Source of the DNA: an uncultured virus (IMG/VR IMGVR_UViG_3300030095_004072) | Lineage: Duplodnaviria; Heunggongvirae; Uroviricota; Caudoviricetes; Crassvirales | Length of the DNA stretch: 20,000 bases | Strand: one strand, 5' to 3' | IMG/VR virus record: IMGVR_UViG_3300030095_004072 | Part shown: positions 1 to 7,806 of the stretch, piece by piece | How the letters are laid out: the number at the start of each line of letters is the position of its first letter | How positions within the stretch are numbered: position 1 is the stretch's first letter | Position numbers and translations under genes: made by a program | Notes under the pieces: model-generated | Told to the model about the DNA's origin: nothing | Database searches by the model: none | The model's input: only the letters and a program-made list of their open reading frames with translations

Positions 1-131
1 TGGAAACTTATTGATCTTAACGCCTAAATTAATCATGCTAATTCCANNNNNNNNNNAATTCCACCGTTTTTATGATAGTATATTGTATCATCTTTTAGAG
101 CTTGATTAAATATATCCTTCTTACTGTACAT
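1..131 (-). CDS. Hypothetical protein, 5' part only (runs off window, crosses N gap)
   Basis: ATG at 131 overlapping the end of the upstream ORF. Reads MYSKKDIFNQALKDDTIYYHKNGGI, then ...SMINLGVKINKFP if the AATTCCA duplicated around the N gap is collapsed. Confidence 0.55.
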
Positions 132-420
132 TCTCTGTTGTTTTTTTAACAAAAGCTTGATAATCTTTATCTTCCTCAACAGCTTTTTTTGCTTTTTTAT
201 ATCCTTTCATTATGGTATTGTGCTGAACAGGAAGCCCATTTTCTTCCATAAACCTTCTAATACTACCAATTTTTATAGGACGCTCATAAGCTAAATAATA
301 AAGCATTTGTCTTGCTTCTGGACGTGGATGAACACGTGACTTAGAAAACATATCTTGCAATGATATGTAAAATTTGTCGGCAACTAAAGTTGCGTAAGTA
401 TTAAATATCTCTTTTTTCAT
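121..420 (-). CDS. DnaA C-terminal (domain IV)-like helix-turn-helix DNA-binding protein
   Basis: SKSR...EARQMLYYLA...HNTIMKG resembles the DnaA domain IV pattern (R...aRQiamYL...HtTV). Stand-alone copies are common in phages. Confidence 0.65.
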   Translation of the reverse strand: MKKEIFNTYATLVADKFYISLQDMFSKSRVHPRPEARQMLYYLAYERPIKIGSIRRFMEENGLPVQHNTIMKGYKKAKKAVEEDKDYQAFVKKTTENVQ

Positions 421-421
421 T

Positions 422-661
422 TTATTTTGTTTCTTTTTTTAAATTTTTTATTTCATACTGAAGATGGTGTATTGCCTTTTCTAAATCCTCTATATGTTTC
501 TGTACAATACTCATCCCCTCTTCTTTCTTCTTTCCTGCTCTTAAAAGATAGGTAACGGCATTGCCTACATTGTACGAGCAAGAAAATCCATACACTACTT
601 GCTCGGCTTCATAACCATTCTTGCCTATATAATAATTAGGCTTTTGTCTTATTTCTTTCAT
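422..661 (-). CDS. DUF3310-like (T7 gp1.7 nucleotide kinase-related) protein
   Basis: PNYY...E...GNAVTYLLRAGKK...EDLEKAIHHL matches the DUF3310 pattern (P.HY...GNaiKY..RagkK...eDL.KA.wYl). Confidence 0.75.
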   Translation of the reverse strand: MKEIRQKPNYYIGKNGYEAEQVVYGFSCSYNVGNAVTYLLRAGKKKEEGMSIVQKHIEDLEKAIHHLQYEIKNLKKETK

Positions 662-914
662 ATCTATTTATATATTCTTCGGTTAATGTTTTATTTAATT
701 TATATTTACTCATATCGTTATTTATAATTACTCTTTCAAATGCAAGTTGAGGTAATCTACAGGCAGAAACAAATCTATTCTTTATTTCTATATTACCACT
801 GTATTTAAAAAAATCATTAAGATCAATATGATTTAATCTATTTTTTTTGTTGTGAATTTTTTGTTTTTGAGCAGACTTTAGCTGCTCCACTAAATATTTA
901 GATAGTGATTTCAT
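636..914 (-). CDS. Hypothetical protein
   Basis: 92-aa ORF with A/T-rich leader, overlapping the next gene, co-oriented with neighbours. Confidence 0.65.
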   Translation of the reverse strand: MKSLSKYLVEQLKSAQKQKIHNKKNRLNHIDLNDFFKYSGNIEIKNRFVSACRLPQLAFERVIINNDMSKYKLNKTLTEEYINRYERNKTKA

Positions 915-1054
915 TTAATTTAATTTAATTTTTATAAGGGAGTAGTTAAGAGTATTAACGTATTGTCGGCTTATGCCTTTATAACCACCCCCTTATAATA
1001 TAAAGACTAAAACATTTAATATTAAGGTATCTTACACCTATAAAATTATTGGGA

Positions 1055-1198
1055 TTATTCCCAGTCTTTATTCTTGTAGTTGTTTAAAATAATTTGCTTA
1101 AGTATGTCTTGATTAAGTTTTTGTAGCCATTGTATATACCTTATATTTGGCTTTTCTTTTAACTTTTCTTTTAAGATCAACTCGTGAACTTCTTTCAT
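1055..1198 (-). CDS. Small hypothetical protein (47 aa)
   Basis: Translated by hand: MKEVHELILKEKLKEKPNIRYIQWLQKLNQDILKQIILNNYKNKDWE. Its start is coupled to the upstream stop (TAATG). Confidence 0.6.
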   Translation of the reverse strand: MKEVHELILKEKLKEKPNIRYIQWLQKLNQDILKQIILNNYKNKDWE

Positions 1199-1374
1199 TA
1201 TATACAAAAGTTTAAAGGACTATTTTTAAGTTGTTCTCTTTGTTTTTTAGCTTTTCTATTTATATTTTTAAGAGCTGTCTTTTGATATTCTTCTTTAATA
1301 TATTCGTTCCATTTATTAAAGTTTAATACTCTGTATTTGTAGTTACCTAATTTTTCTTGATATTCTTTATCCAT
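1198..1374 (-). CDS. Small hypothetical protein (58 aa)
   Basis: Translated by hand: MDKEYQEKLGNYKYRVLNFNKWNEYIKEEYQKTALKNINRKAKKQREQLKNSPLNFCI. TAATG overlap with the next ORF. Confidence 0.55.
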   Translation of the reverse strand: MDKEYQEKLGNYKYRVLNFNKWNEYIKEEYQKTALKNINRKAKKQREQLKNSPLNFCI

Positions 1375-1501
1375 TATTTAATATTTATATTAATAAAAAA
1401 CGAGGAAGAAACACGCCATACAGTTTCTAATTACGTTGTTGATTTCGCCTAACATCAACTCGTGTTTAACAAATCAAATTCGGTTTAAAAATACATAATA
1501 A

Positions 1502-2191
1502 TTACTTACCAACCAAATCAAAATGTAAAAAGTTTTCTTTTGCCTCAAATGAATAGCTATCACCCCTTACCATTCCAGTTTCATAATTAAATTTATTATA
1601 GTCAATTACCTCGTTTGGTATTCTAAACTCATTTTGTTTTGGTGATAAATGAAGCTCTTTAGGAAAACTATATATGTCACTCGTAAGTCCCTCAGAGTCA
1701 AAATACATCTTAATTATATTGTTTGCATTATCTTGAATTTTATCATAAATTTCACGATTTACAAACTGAGGATCTAAAGTGTCTATATCTGTAATTACTC
1801 CATATATATTCTCATCGTATGGAATTACTTGAAGAACTTGTGAATTATGCCCATCTGTTATCTTTAAAAAATTATCTGTCATATAATAAAAATGCGTAAA
1901 AGGAATATTTTTTAATCTACGTACAATATTATTTTTATCGTATTTTAATTCTTGGATAAAACTTTTATGAGCGTGTGCTTCTACCTTTAAAAACTTAAGA
2001 GCTTTAGGATAGGTTTTCCAAAAATATAAATCTTCACCTTTTTCCCATTCTCTTAGTTTTGAATGTATAAGAGCTTGTTCACTATGCGTATAACCCACAC
2101 CAACAATTGTTGTAGGTTTTCTTAACTTTTCTCTAACTCCATGTGAGCTGCTTTGTGAGTCACATGATACTATTGCTATAAATTTATCCAT
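1502..2191 (-). CDS. Hypothetical protein
   Basis: 229-aa ORF tightly packed behind 2197-2613. No motif recognised. Confidence 0.75.
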   Translation of the reverse strand: MDKFIAIVSCDSQSSSHGVREKLRKPTTIVGVGYTHSEQALIHSKLREWEKGEDLYFWKTYPKALKFLKVEAHAHKSFIQELKYDKNNIVRRLKNIPFTHFYYMTDNFLKITDGHNSQVLQVIPYDENIYGVITDIDTLDPQFVNREIYDKIQDNANNIIKMYFDSEGLTSDIYSFPKELHLSPKQNEFRIPNEVIDYNKFNYETGMVRGDSYSFEAKENFLHFDLVGK

Positions 2192-2196
2192 GATTT

Positions 2197-2613
2197 TTAC
2201 TTTCTTACAAAGTTAAGGATATAATTTTTATCTATATAATCTTCTATAACCCCGTAAATATTATGATATGATTTAAGACTTTCTTCAGGCATATTACCTG
2301 TACAGGTTTTAGCATCACCATGTATATCCTCTGTTATTTGTGTAGCTAAATCATCGCAAAACTCCAGAATATCTTCTTTAGTCGTAGTCCCATCTATTTC
2401 ACGAACTTCAATATCATCCTCATATTTTAATCCATGTATAGAACTAACCATGTATTTATTAGGACTTACGTGATCACATAATTTTTCAATCTGTTCTACA
2501 TCATCTTCGGCTTCCCATCCTTCACCAAAGAGCTCATCAGCTTGTTTTTGTAATTCATTTTTATACACAAAATCATTTGTGGACATATATCTGTCAATAG
2601 TTATTTTACTCAT
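2197..2613 (-). CDS. Acidic hypothetical protein
   Basis: 138-aa D/E-rich ORF, ATGA overlap with the upstream gene. Confidence 0.75.
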   Translation of the reverse strand: MSKITIDRYMSTNDFVYKNELQKQADELFGEGWEAEDDVEQIEKLCDHVSPNKYMVSSIHGLKYEDDIEVREIDGTTTKEDILEFCDDLATQITEDIHGDAKTCTGNMPEESLKSYHNIYGVIEDYIDKNYILNFVRK

Positions 2614-2792
2614 TTGTTTAATTGTTTTAATTTATTATTTAATTCATTACTCTTTTGCATTGTCTCCACTGTTTTAACTGGAAAATCTCTCAATTCTTCT
2701 TTTATTTTTACTGCTAAACCGTATGGTGTTAGATGTCCATCTTCCCACATTTCTATCAGCATTAATATTTGATTTTTAGATTTATTGTTCAT
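2610..2792 (-). CDS. Hypothetical protein
   Basis: 60-aa ORF filling the gap between the methyltransferase and 2197-2613. Confidence 0.65.
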   Translation of the reverse strand: MNNKSKNQILMLIEMWEDGHLTPYGLAVKIKEELRDFPVKTVETMQKSNELNNKLKQLNK

Positions 2793-2801
2793 ATTATTTA
2801 T

Positions 2802-3557
2802 TTAAAATGGTAATAAGCTACCTTCGTATTCCCAAAGCATATTGTCAACTACCTCTTCGCATAACTCTGTTGGTATCTTACTACGTTCGTGATTATTTTT
2901 AAGTGATTCCGTACCTCCTTTCTTAGCATCTATACCTCTCTCTCTAAGCTTCCTAACTGTCTCTCCTCTTTGTGATGCATCGTGATGACAGTGTCTATTT
3001 ATTATATTACCATCAGCATCGTACTTATAATTTTTACATAATGGTTTTGGTTTCCAATTTAAAGCATTAGTCCATATATCAGTTGGCTTCATACGTGAAT
3101 CACCGTAAGAACAATATGACACAGTGTGTCTAACGTGTTGAAAATTAGCCCATTCTGGAGACTTTCTCATCTTACCACGTGGATTCTCTATGTACCAAAC
3201 AAGATTAGGATTTTTCTCTAAATATGATGCTATAATCTCTAAGGTTTTGTTTAAAATTTTTATACCTAAGAGCTCAGGATCTCTTGGTTGGTACTCGTGT
3301 CCACTTACCCATTTTTTACCTATACAAGCTACTGAAAAATCTGTGCAAGGTGGTGATGCCCATATTACATCGGGTATCCAAAGCTTATCTAACTCACCTA
3401 CATTCATTTCATTAAGTCGGTAGTCCCAATCTAAAATATCTCCAACCCAATTTGTATTTGGATAGTCTGTATTATCTACAGAAAATACTTCGTGTCCTTT
3501 TGCTTCAGCAACCTTTCCAATAGAACGGCTACCACTAAATAATTCTAATACTTTCAT
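2802..3557 (-). CDS. DNA (cytosine-5)-methyltransferase, short phage type
   Basis: Motif I VLELFSGS, catalytic motif IV ASPPC and motif VI IENP in canonical order. Confidence 0.88.
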   Translation of the reverse strand: MKVLELFSGSRSIGKVAEAKGHEVFSVDNTDYPNTNWVGDILDWDYRLNEMNVGELDKLWIPDVIWASPPCTDFSVACIGKKWVSGHEYQPRDPELLGIKILNKTLEIIASYLEKNPNLVWYIENPRGKMRKSPEWANFQHVRHTVSYCSYGDSRMKPTDIWTNALNWKPKPLCKNYKYDADGNIINRHCHHDASQRGETVRKLRERGIDAKKGGTESLKNNHERSKIPTELCEEVVDNMLWEYEGSLLPF

Positions 3558-3581
3558 TTTTTTATTATTTATTAATTAATT

Positions 3582-3737
3582 TTATTTTTCGTATAAATCA
3601 TTATTTATACATTCTTCATTTTTATCTATCCAAGATTGTTCCATACATTCATTATCACAATATATTCCTCCAAATTTATCTGTAATATATTTATCTAAAT
3701 CATCATTAAAACAATTTTCACAATATTTATCTTCCAT
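3582..3737 (-). CDS. Small Cys-rich, putative zinc-binding protein (51 aa)
   Basis: Translated by hand: MEDKYCENCFNDDLDKYITDKFGGIYCDNECMEQSW...; CxxC...YCxxxC treble-clef-like spacing. Confidence 0.6.
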   Translation of the reverse strand: MEDKYCENCFNDDLDKYITDKFGGIYCDNECMEQSWIDKNEECINNDLYEK

Positions 3738-3742
3738 TTCAT

Positions 3743-3973
3743 TTAACATAATTTATCGTAATTTAATTCCATATCAGATTGTATGTTTTCTAATAAACTT
3801 TCTAATTCATCTTGCACTTCATCACCGTGAAGAATTAATTTGTTTATTATAATTTCTTTTCTTGAAGGAGTTAATCTGTCTTCAGACTCTTCTTGTTGAT
3901 AGAGCTCATAATGAACAACTATATTATTGTTTTTTGACAATAAATAGTCGTATGTACTATAGTTTGTTTTCAT
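3743..3973 (-). CDS. Hypothetical protein
   Basis: 76-aa ORF downstream of a promoter-like box at 4003-4034. Confidence 0.65.
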   Translation of the reverse strand: MKTNYSTYDYLLSKNNNIVVHYELYQQEESEDRLTPSRKEIIINKLILHGDEVQDELESLLENIQSDMELNYDKLC

Positions 3974-4002
3974 TTGTAAGTAAATTTAATTAATAACTTT
4001 GG

Positions 4003-4034
4003 TAAAAATACATAATAAATACTTAATAACCTAA
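4003..4034 (-). promoter_or_regulatory. Putative Bacteroidota-type sigma promoter
   Basis: Minus strand TTAG-N20-TATTTTTA, close to the TTTG-N19-21-TAnnTTTG consensus. The spacer contains TTATTAAGTATTTA, shared with the promoter at 6795-6826. Confidence 0.5.
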
Positions 4035-4053
4035 TAGAATAGCTTTTAATTTA

Positions 4054-4117
4054 TCGTAAGTCCCTTAGGATCTTTTTGTGTTTTTTTCGTAAGTCCATAG
4101 AGCTCGTAAGTCCATAG
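4054..4117. repeat. Three direct copies of TCGTAAGTCC (4054, 4087, 4104)
   Basis: Read directly. Copies 2 and 3 extend to 14 bp (TCGTAAGTCCATAG) with a 17-bp period. Confidence 0.85.
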
Positions 4118-4120
4118 GAC

Positions 4121-4166
4121 AAAAAAAAGACACGGAATCATATCTTTTTGGATACGAAATCGTGCC
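4121..4166 (-). terminator. Rho-independent terminator closing the putative early operon
   Basis: Minus strand GGCACG-AUU-UCGUAUC-CAAAAA-GAUAUGA-UUC-CGUGUC followed by U8, about 10 nt after the stop at 4177. Confidence 0.75.
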
Positions 4167-4176
4167 TTAAATTATT

Positions 4177-4380
4177 TTATGATTTTGACTTGATTAACTC
4201 TGCACTGCCTTTTTGAATCATCCAAAGCAACCAATCTTTGTCAACGTGTCCAACGCAACGGGCAACACCATAATAATATGCGTATCCACTTCCACGTTCC
4301 CATTTTATTGTCCAAAAATTATTTGGAGTAACATCTGTGAATTTAATCACATCATTTTTAACTATCTCTATTTTATTCAT
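4177..4380 (-). CDS. Hypothetical early protein (67 aa)
   Basis: ATG at 4380 (MNKIEIVKND...) preferred over the track start at 4419, which lies inside the conserved hairpin. Confidence 0.65.
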   Translation of the reverse strand: MNKIEIVKNDVIKFTDVTPNNFWTIKWERGSGYAYYYGVARCVGHVDKDWLLWMIQKGSAELIKSKS

Positions 4381-4409
4381 ATGTAATTTTATTAAGGCAC
4401 TATTGCCCA

Positions 4410-4451
4410 CTACCACCAAATCCCCACTGCGACTAACAGTGAGGTTGGTGG
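4410..4451 (-). repeat. Conserved 42-nt intergenic structured element, copy 1
   Basis: RNA sense CCACCAACCUCACUGUUAGUCGCAGUGGGGAUUUGGUGGUAG; aligns without gaps to copies at 5268 and 6017. Confidence 0.9.
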
Positions 4452-4468
4452 AACAAAAACAAACAAAA

Positions 4469-5239
4469 TTATTCTTTATTGATATGTTGAGTTATACAAT
4501 TTAAACTTTCTTGCATATTAGACAAGCAAGTATTGATGATTGAATTTGGTGGTGATGTTGTCACAATAGATTGACACTCATCAAAATTAGGTATATTAAA
4601 TTCTTTGTTGATTTCATCGTGAATAGTATCTTGGGTTTCAAACTGATGTACATCCTCAAGAATTTTTGCATCAACAAGTTTGTCAACACATCTAATTGCA
4701 ATATCACGTGTGTCATCATAATCTTTTAAAGTACCTTTGTCATCTGAATCCATAAATTCTTTACCAAAATAAATTTCATCAATTCTATCGTGCAACTTTC
4801 TTTTATCTAACAACAAATCATTGACTTGACTATTTAATCTATTAGCACGTTGCACTTCAGATTTAAATTTACTTTTCCACTTCTCAATCTCATATGCACG
4901 TGTATCTGTTGATGCAAATAATCTACCTAACTCAGTTATTTTATATCCTTCTTTACGACTGCGTGTCAACAATCCTTCATCAACCCATTTTCCCATTGCA
5001 ACATTATAAAATCCCGTTGAATGATGGAAACAAGTATCACCATTTCTATCAAGAAACTCCCAAACTGAATTGGATGTTTTACCAAGAGGTTTATTTTTAT
5101 GTTCAATCATTTTCTGTGCTTGACATATCATGTGTTGCAACTCTTGTTTTCTAATAATTGGATAACCTTCTTTATTTATATATTGTATGTGAGGCATTCT
5201 CATTGCCTTTATCACAAGTTTTTTTACTGTATTTTTCAT
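4469..5239 (-). CDS. Hypothetical early protein, possible winged helix plus coiled coil
   Basis: 256 aa. KWVDEGLLTRSRKEGYKITELGR resembles a wHTH wing and is followed by a heptad-rich segment. Confidence 0.75.
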   Translation of the reverse strand: MKNTVKKLVIKAMRMPHIQYINKEGYPIIRKQELQHMICQAQKMIEHKNKPLGKTSNSVWEFLDRNGDTCFHHSTGFYNVAMGKWVDEGLLTRSRKEGYKITELGRLFASTDTRAYEIEKWKSKFKSEVQRANRLNSQVNDLLLDKRKLHDRIDEIYFGKEFMDSDDKGTLKDYDDTRDIAIRCVDKLVDAKILEDVHQFETQDTIHDEINKEFNIPNFDECQSIVTTSPPNSIINTCLSNMQESLNCITQHINKE

Positions 5240-5267
5240 TTTATTTAATTTGATTATTATTTGTTTT

Positions 5268-5309
5268 CTACCACGAAATCCCCACTACGATTAGTAGTGA
5301 GGCACGTGA
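5268..5309 (-). repeat. Conserved 42-nt intergenic structured element, copy 2
   Basis: RNA sense UCACGUGCCUCACUACUAAUCGUAGUGGGGAUUUCGUGGUAG. Confidence 0.9.
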
Positions 5310-5329
5310 AAATTTCTTATGATCAAAAT

Positions 5330-5983
5330 TTATTTTCGGCTATCATCTAAAGTTTTCCAACTATCTAAAAGATTCTTAACTCTTGCAATTTGTTCAAAAT
5401 CACGTGCATCTCTGACTTGTTCTAACAAAGTTTCTAAAGCTAATATCATTACACTATTTTCAGAATCATTTAAATAACAGTGTGTTTTATTATTGGTTTG
5501 AAAAAATTTATTTGAATGTTTATACTCTCCAAAGTGAAACAAATCATCTGTGTCAGATAGTTTATCACCATTAGGTATTCCATCTATTTGTGGAGTGTCC
5601 TCTTCACGTTCAAGTCTTTCTGTCTCAGTCTCAAATTGTGATTGATATTCATCAGAATTTTTATGTAGTCTATCTTCAATATCAGAAGGTAAATGTGGGT
5701 ACATTGCATCATTCTTACCTACCCAATCTGAATCAGTTAGTGCTGATATAACTACACGTTTCATTTGATTTTGAATTGATTCTTTAATTTTTCTACCATC
5801 AGTAAATAGCATTGGAATGTCTTCAAGAAATTCTAACTCTGTACAATCATCCCAACTATCTTGTGTTTGTGACATATAACATTGTGTTCTTACTGTGTCA
5901 ATCATTTGTGCAAATGATACATCAACTGCTTTGTCAACTGCATCACTTAAATTACTAACTGTGTACTTATCTTTATTATTCAT
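5330..5983 (-). CDS. Acidic hypothetical early protein
   Basis: 217-aa D/E-rich ORF flanked by two copies of the hairpin element. Confidence 0.8.
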   Translation of the reverse strand: MNNKDKYTVSNLSDAVDKAVDVSFAQMIDTVRTQCYMSQTQDSWDDCTELEFLEDIPMLFTDGRKIKESIQNQMKRVVISALTDSDWVGKNDAMYPHLPSDIEDRLHKNSDEYQSQFETETERLEREEDTPQIDGIPNGDKLSDTDDLFHFGEYKHSNKFFQTNNKTHCYLNDSENSVMILALETLLEQVRDARDFEQIARVKNLLDSWKTLDDSRK

Positions 5984-6016
5984 ATTGTTTGTTTTTAATT
6001 TTGGAGGATTAGTCCT

Positions 6017-6058
6017 CTACCACGAAAACCCCAATGCGATTAGCATTGAGGCACGTGG
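6017..6058 (-). repeat. Conserved 42-nt intergenic structured element, copy 3
   Basis: RNA sense CCACGUGCCUCAAUGCUAAUCGCAUUGGGGUUUUCGUGGUAG. Confidence 0.9.
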
Positions 6059-6070
6059 AGTAAGTTGGTT

Positions 6071-6748
6071 TTACTTAACTAAATTCCAATAAGCAATCTC
6101 TTTATTGTAATAGTTTTTTAGTTGTGCAATACTTACAAACTTGTTTCTGTATTGGGCATCTTGAGTTGAGAAACTACCATCAACATTCTCTACAACATTA
6201 CCACTATGCATCCAATAATTGAAATACATTTCTTCATCTTGATAGTTGCTTAACACCTTTTGCATTTCTTGTTCATCTCTGTTGTTGTCATCACAGAATC
6301 CTTGAATCAATGCACGTTTGTTACCATTGTCTGCGTAGCTGAATGATGAATCAATATCACCCTCAAATAATGATGACATAAAACTACCACCCATTTGTTT
6401 ACAGTCTTTGATTACATCTGCATTACCTTTCCATAATTCTTTGAGTGCGTGAGTCAGTTGACGAGTAGCAATACCGTCACCAAATTTTGCTATCCATAAT
6501 ATCTGACTGAATGCTGTGTATGGATTACCTATTTTATTTTGAGTACGGCAAGTATCAAGTCTAATGTTAAATGCTTGACAATATTTGAAATATAGTACAA
6601 CTTGTACCTTATCATTACACTCTAATTTAGTAGAAACCTTGTCTAACATTGTAATACTAAAGTCTGCGTTTAAATACTGATTACTCCATTGTGATACGAT
6701 ATCAGATGATTTCTGATTCGTAAGTCCGATTAACGATTTTGTGTTCAT
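6071..6748 (-). CDS. Hypothetical protein, first gene of the putative early operon
   Basis: 225-aa ORF directly downstream of the promoter at 6795-6826. Confidence 0.8.
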   Translation of the reverse strand: MNTKSLIGLTNQKSSDIVSQWSNQYLNADFSITMLDKVSTKLECNDKVQVVLYFKYCQAFNIRLDTCRTQNKIGNPYTAFSQILWIAKFGDGIATRQLTHALKELWKGNADVIKDCKQMGGSFMSSLFEGDIDSSFSYADNGNKRALIQGFCDDNNRDEQEMQKVLSNYQDEEMYFNYWMHSGNVVENVDGSFSTQDAQYRNKFVSIAQLKNYYNKEIAYWNLVK

Positions 6749-6794
6749 TTTGGTTGTTTTTTAAGTGAGATATTACTCTCTGTTATTATTAATA

Positions 6795-6826
6795 TAAAGA
6801 TACTAAATACTTAATAAATAAGCAAA
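6795..6826 (-). promoter_or_regulatory. Bacteroidota-type sigma promoter driving the leftward operon
   Basis: Minus strand TTTG-N20-TATCTTTA versus consensus TTTG-N19-21-TAnnTTTG. Confidence 0.65.
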
Positions 6827-6829
6827 TAT

Positions 6830-7290
6830 ATTGATATCGGATTTTTTTTGGGTTGATTCTGGATTTTGATATTTAGAGGTGTTTAATGCGTTCTAAAGGA
6901 CTATCTTTTTCTTTTAATGTATTAGTATTAATAAAATAATTAAAGTTCTCTAATAAGATATTGATAGTGAATATTTTGTGTGATGTTTGTCAGTGTGATT
7001 TGTTTAGTGTGTGAGTGTGTCGGACTGTCGTTAAGGGAAGTCTCTTTCCCTCTCTTCTACTTTGCAAGTGAGTAAGGGTAGGTGGAGCTCCGATTTGAGT
7101 TAATGCGTTAGAACGCATCATATATATGTCTGTGCGTACGTGAGTGGGCAGTGCGTGTGCGTGTGGGGTGAAAGTAAAAGACAAAAAATTCCACAAAAAT
7201 CAAAACAAAATACAACCCCCCCCAATAAAAAAACTCCGTTTCCGTAAGCAGTAGTTATGCGTATAAGTATGTAGAACCCTCAACCCCTAA
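6830..7290. other. Non-coding divergence region with G/T to A/C skew flip (possible genome terminus, packaging site or origin)
   Basis: No credible ORF. GT-rich runs up to ~7170, then A/C-rich including a C run; several palindromes; lies at the switch in transcription direction. Confidence 0.45.
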
Positions 7291-7332
7291 ATGTCTAATA
7301 AAAATTTATTATCTTTACAAAAAAATCATACT

Positions 7333-7530
7333 ATGAACAATAACTATCAAGGCCTAACTATAAAAGATGGTCGCTTAATAAATGAACGCCCAGATGCTGT
7401 GTCAGGTATTGAGAGAGCGTCAATGATGAGACAACAAATGAAAAAACAATATAAGATAGACTGTATCGCTGACGGTATTGAAAGAGCTAAGATGCGTATG
7501 GATGGTGATCGTAATATATACGAATACTAA
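7333..7530 (+). CDS. Hypothetical protein (65 aa)
   Basis: ATG at 7333 follows a TATCTTTA box (7310-7317) and an A-rich leader; terminator downstream. Confidence 0.7.
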   Translation: MNNNYQGLTIKDGRLINERPDAVSGIERASMMRQQMKKQYKIDCIADGIERAKMRMDGDRNIYEY

Positions 7531-7557
7531 AAAAAATTAATTTGTTTGTTTGTAATT

Positions 7558-7581
7558 AGAGGAGCTTAGTCTCCTCTTTTT
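7558..7581 (+). terminator. Rho-independent terminator
   Basis: AGAGGAG-CTTAGT-CTCCTCT followed by TTTT. Confidence 0.75.
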
Positions 7582-7806
7582 ATTTATAGTCTGGACTACA
7601 ACCAGAGATATTCCAAAGATATTCCAAAACAAAAATTTTGTAACTTTTTGATTTCTAACTATTTATCTTATTATTCTTTATTTATTCCATACTTAGGTAC
7701 GTTAAAAAGAAATAATATATAATAATATATATATATAAAAAATATAAAACCACTAATACCAAAAAAAACTTTGGACTATGGAATGTAATTTATTATAATT
7801 ATTTAT

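Noticed and set aside
40..63. AATTCCA direct repeat around the N run
   Set aside because: Most likely a scaffolding artefact; collapsing it restores a continuous reading frame.
4410..6058. The 42-nt repeats as a CRISPR array or integron attC sites
   Set aside because: They are separated by whole genes rather than 30-40-nt spacers, lack RYYYAAC/GTTRRRY ends, and no cas or integrase gene is in the window.
3190..6092. Plus-strand ORFs 3190-3423, 4894-5154 and 5895-6092
   Set aside because: Antisense shadows of better-supported minus-strand genes.
6990..7196. 68-aa minus-strand ORF rich in T/H
   Set aside because: By-product of GT dinucleotide runs in the non-coding switch region.
7606..7627. 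Tandem AGATATTCCAA x2
   Set aside because: Only two copies in an AT-rich spacer; no further context to support a function.
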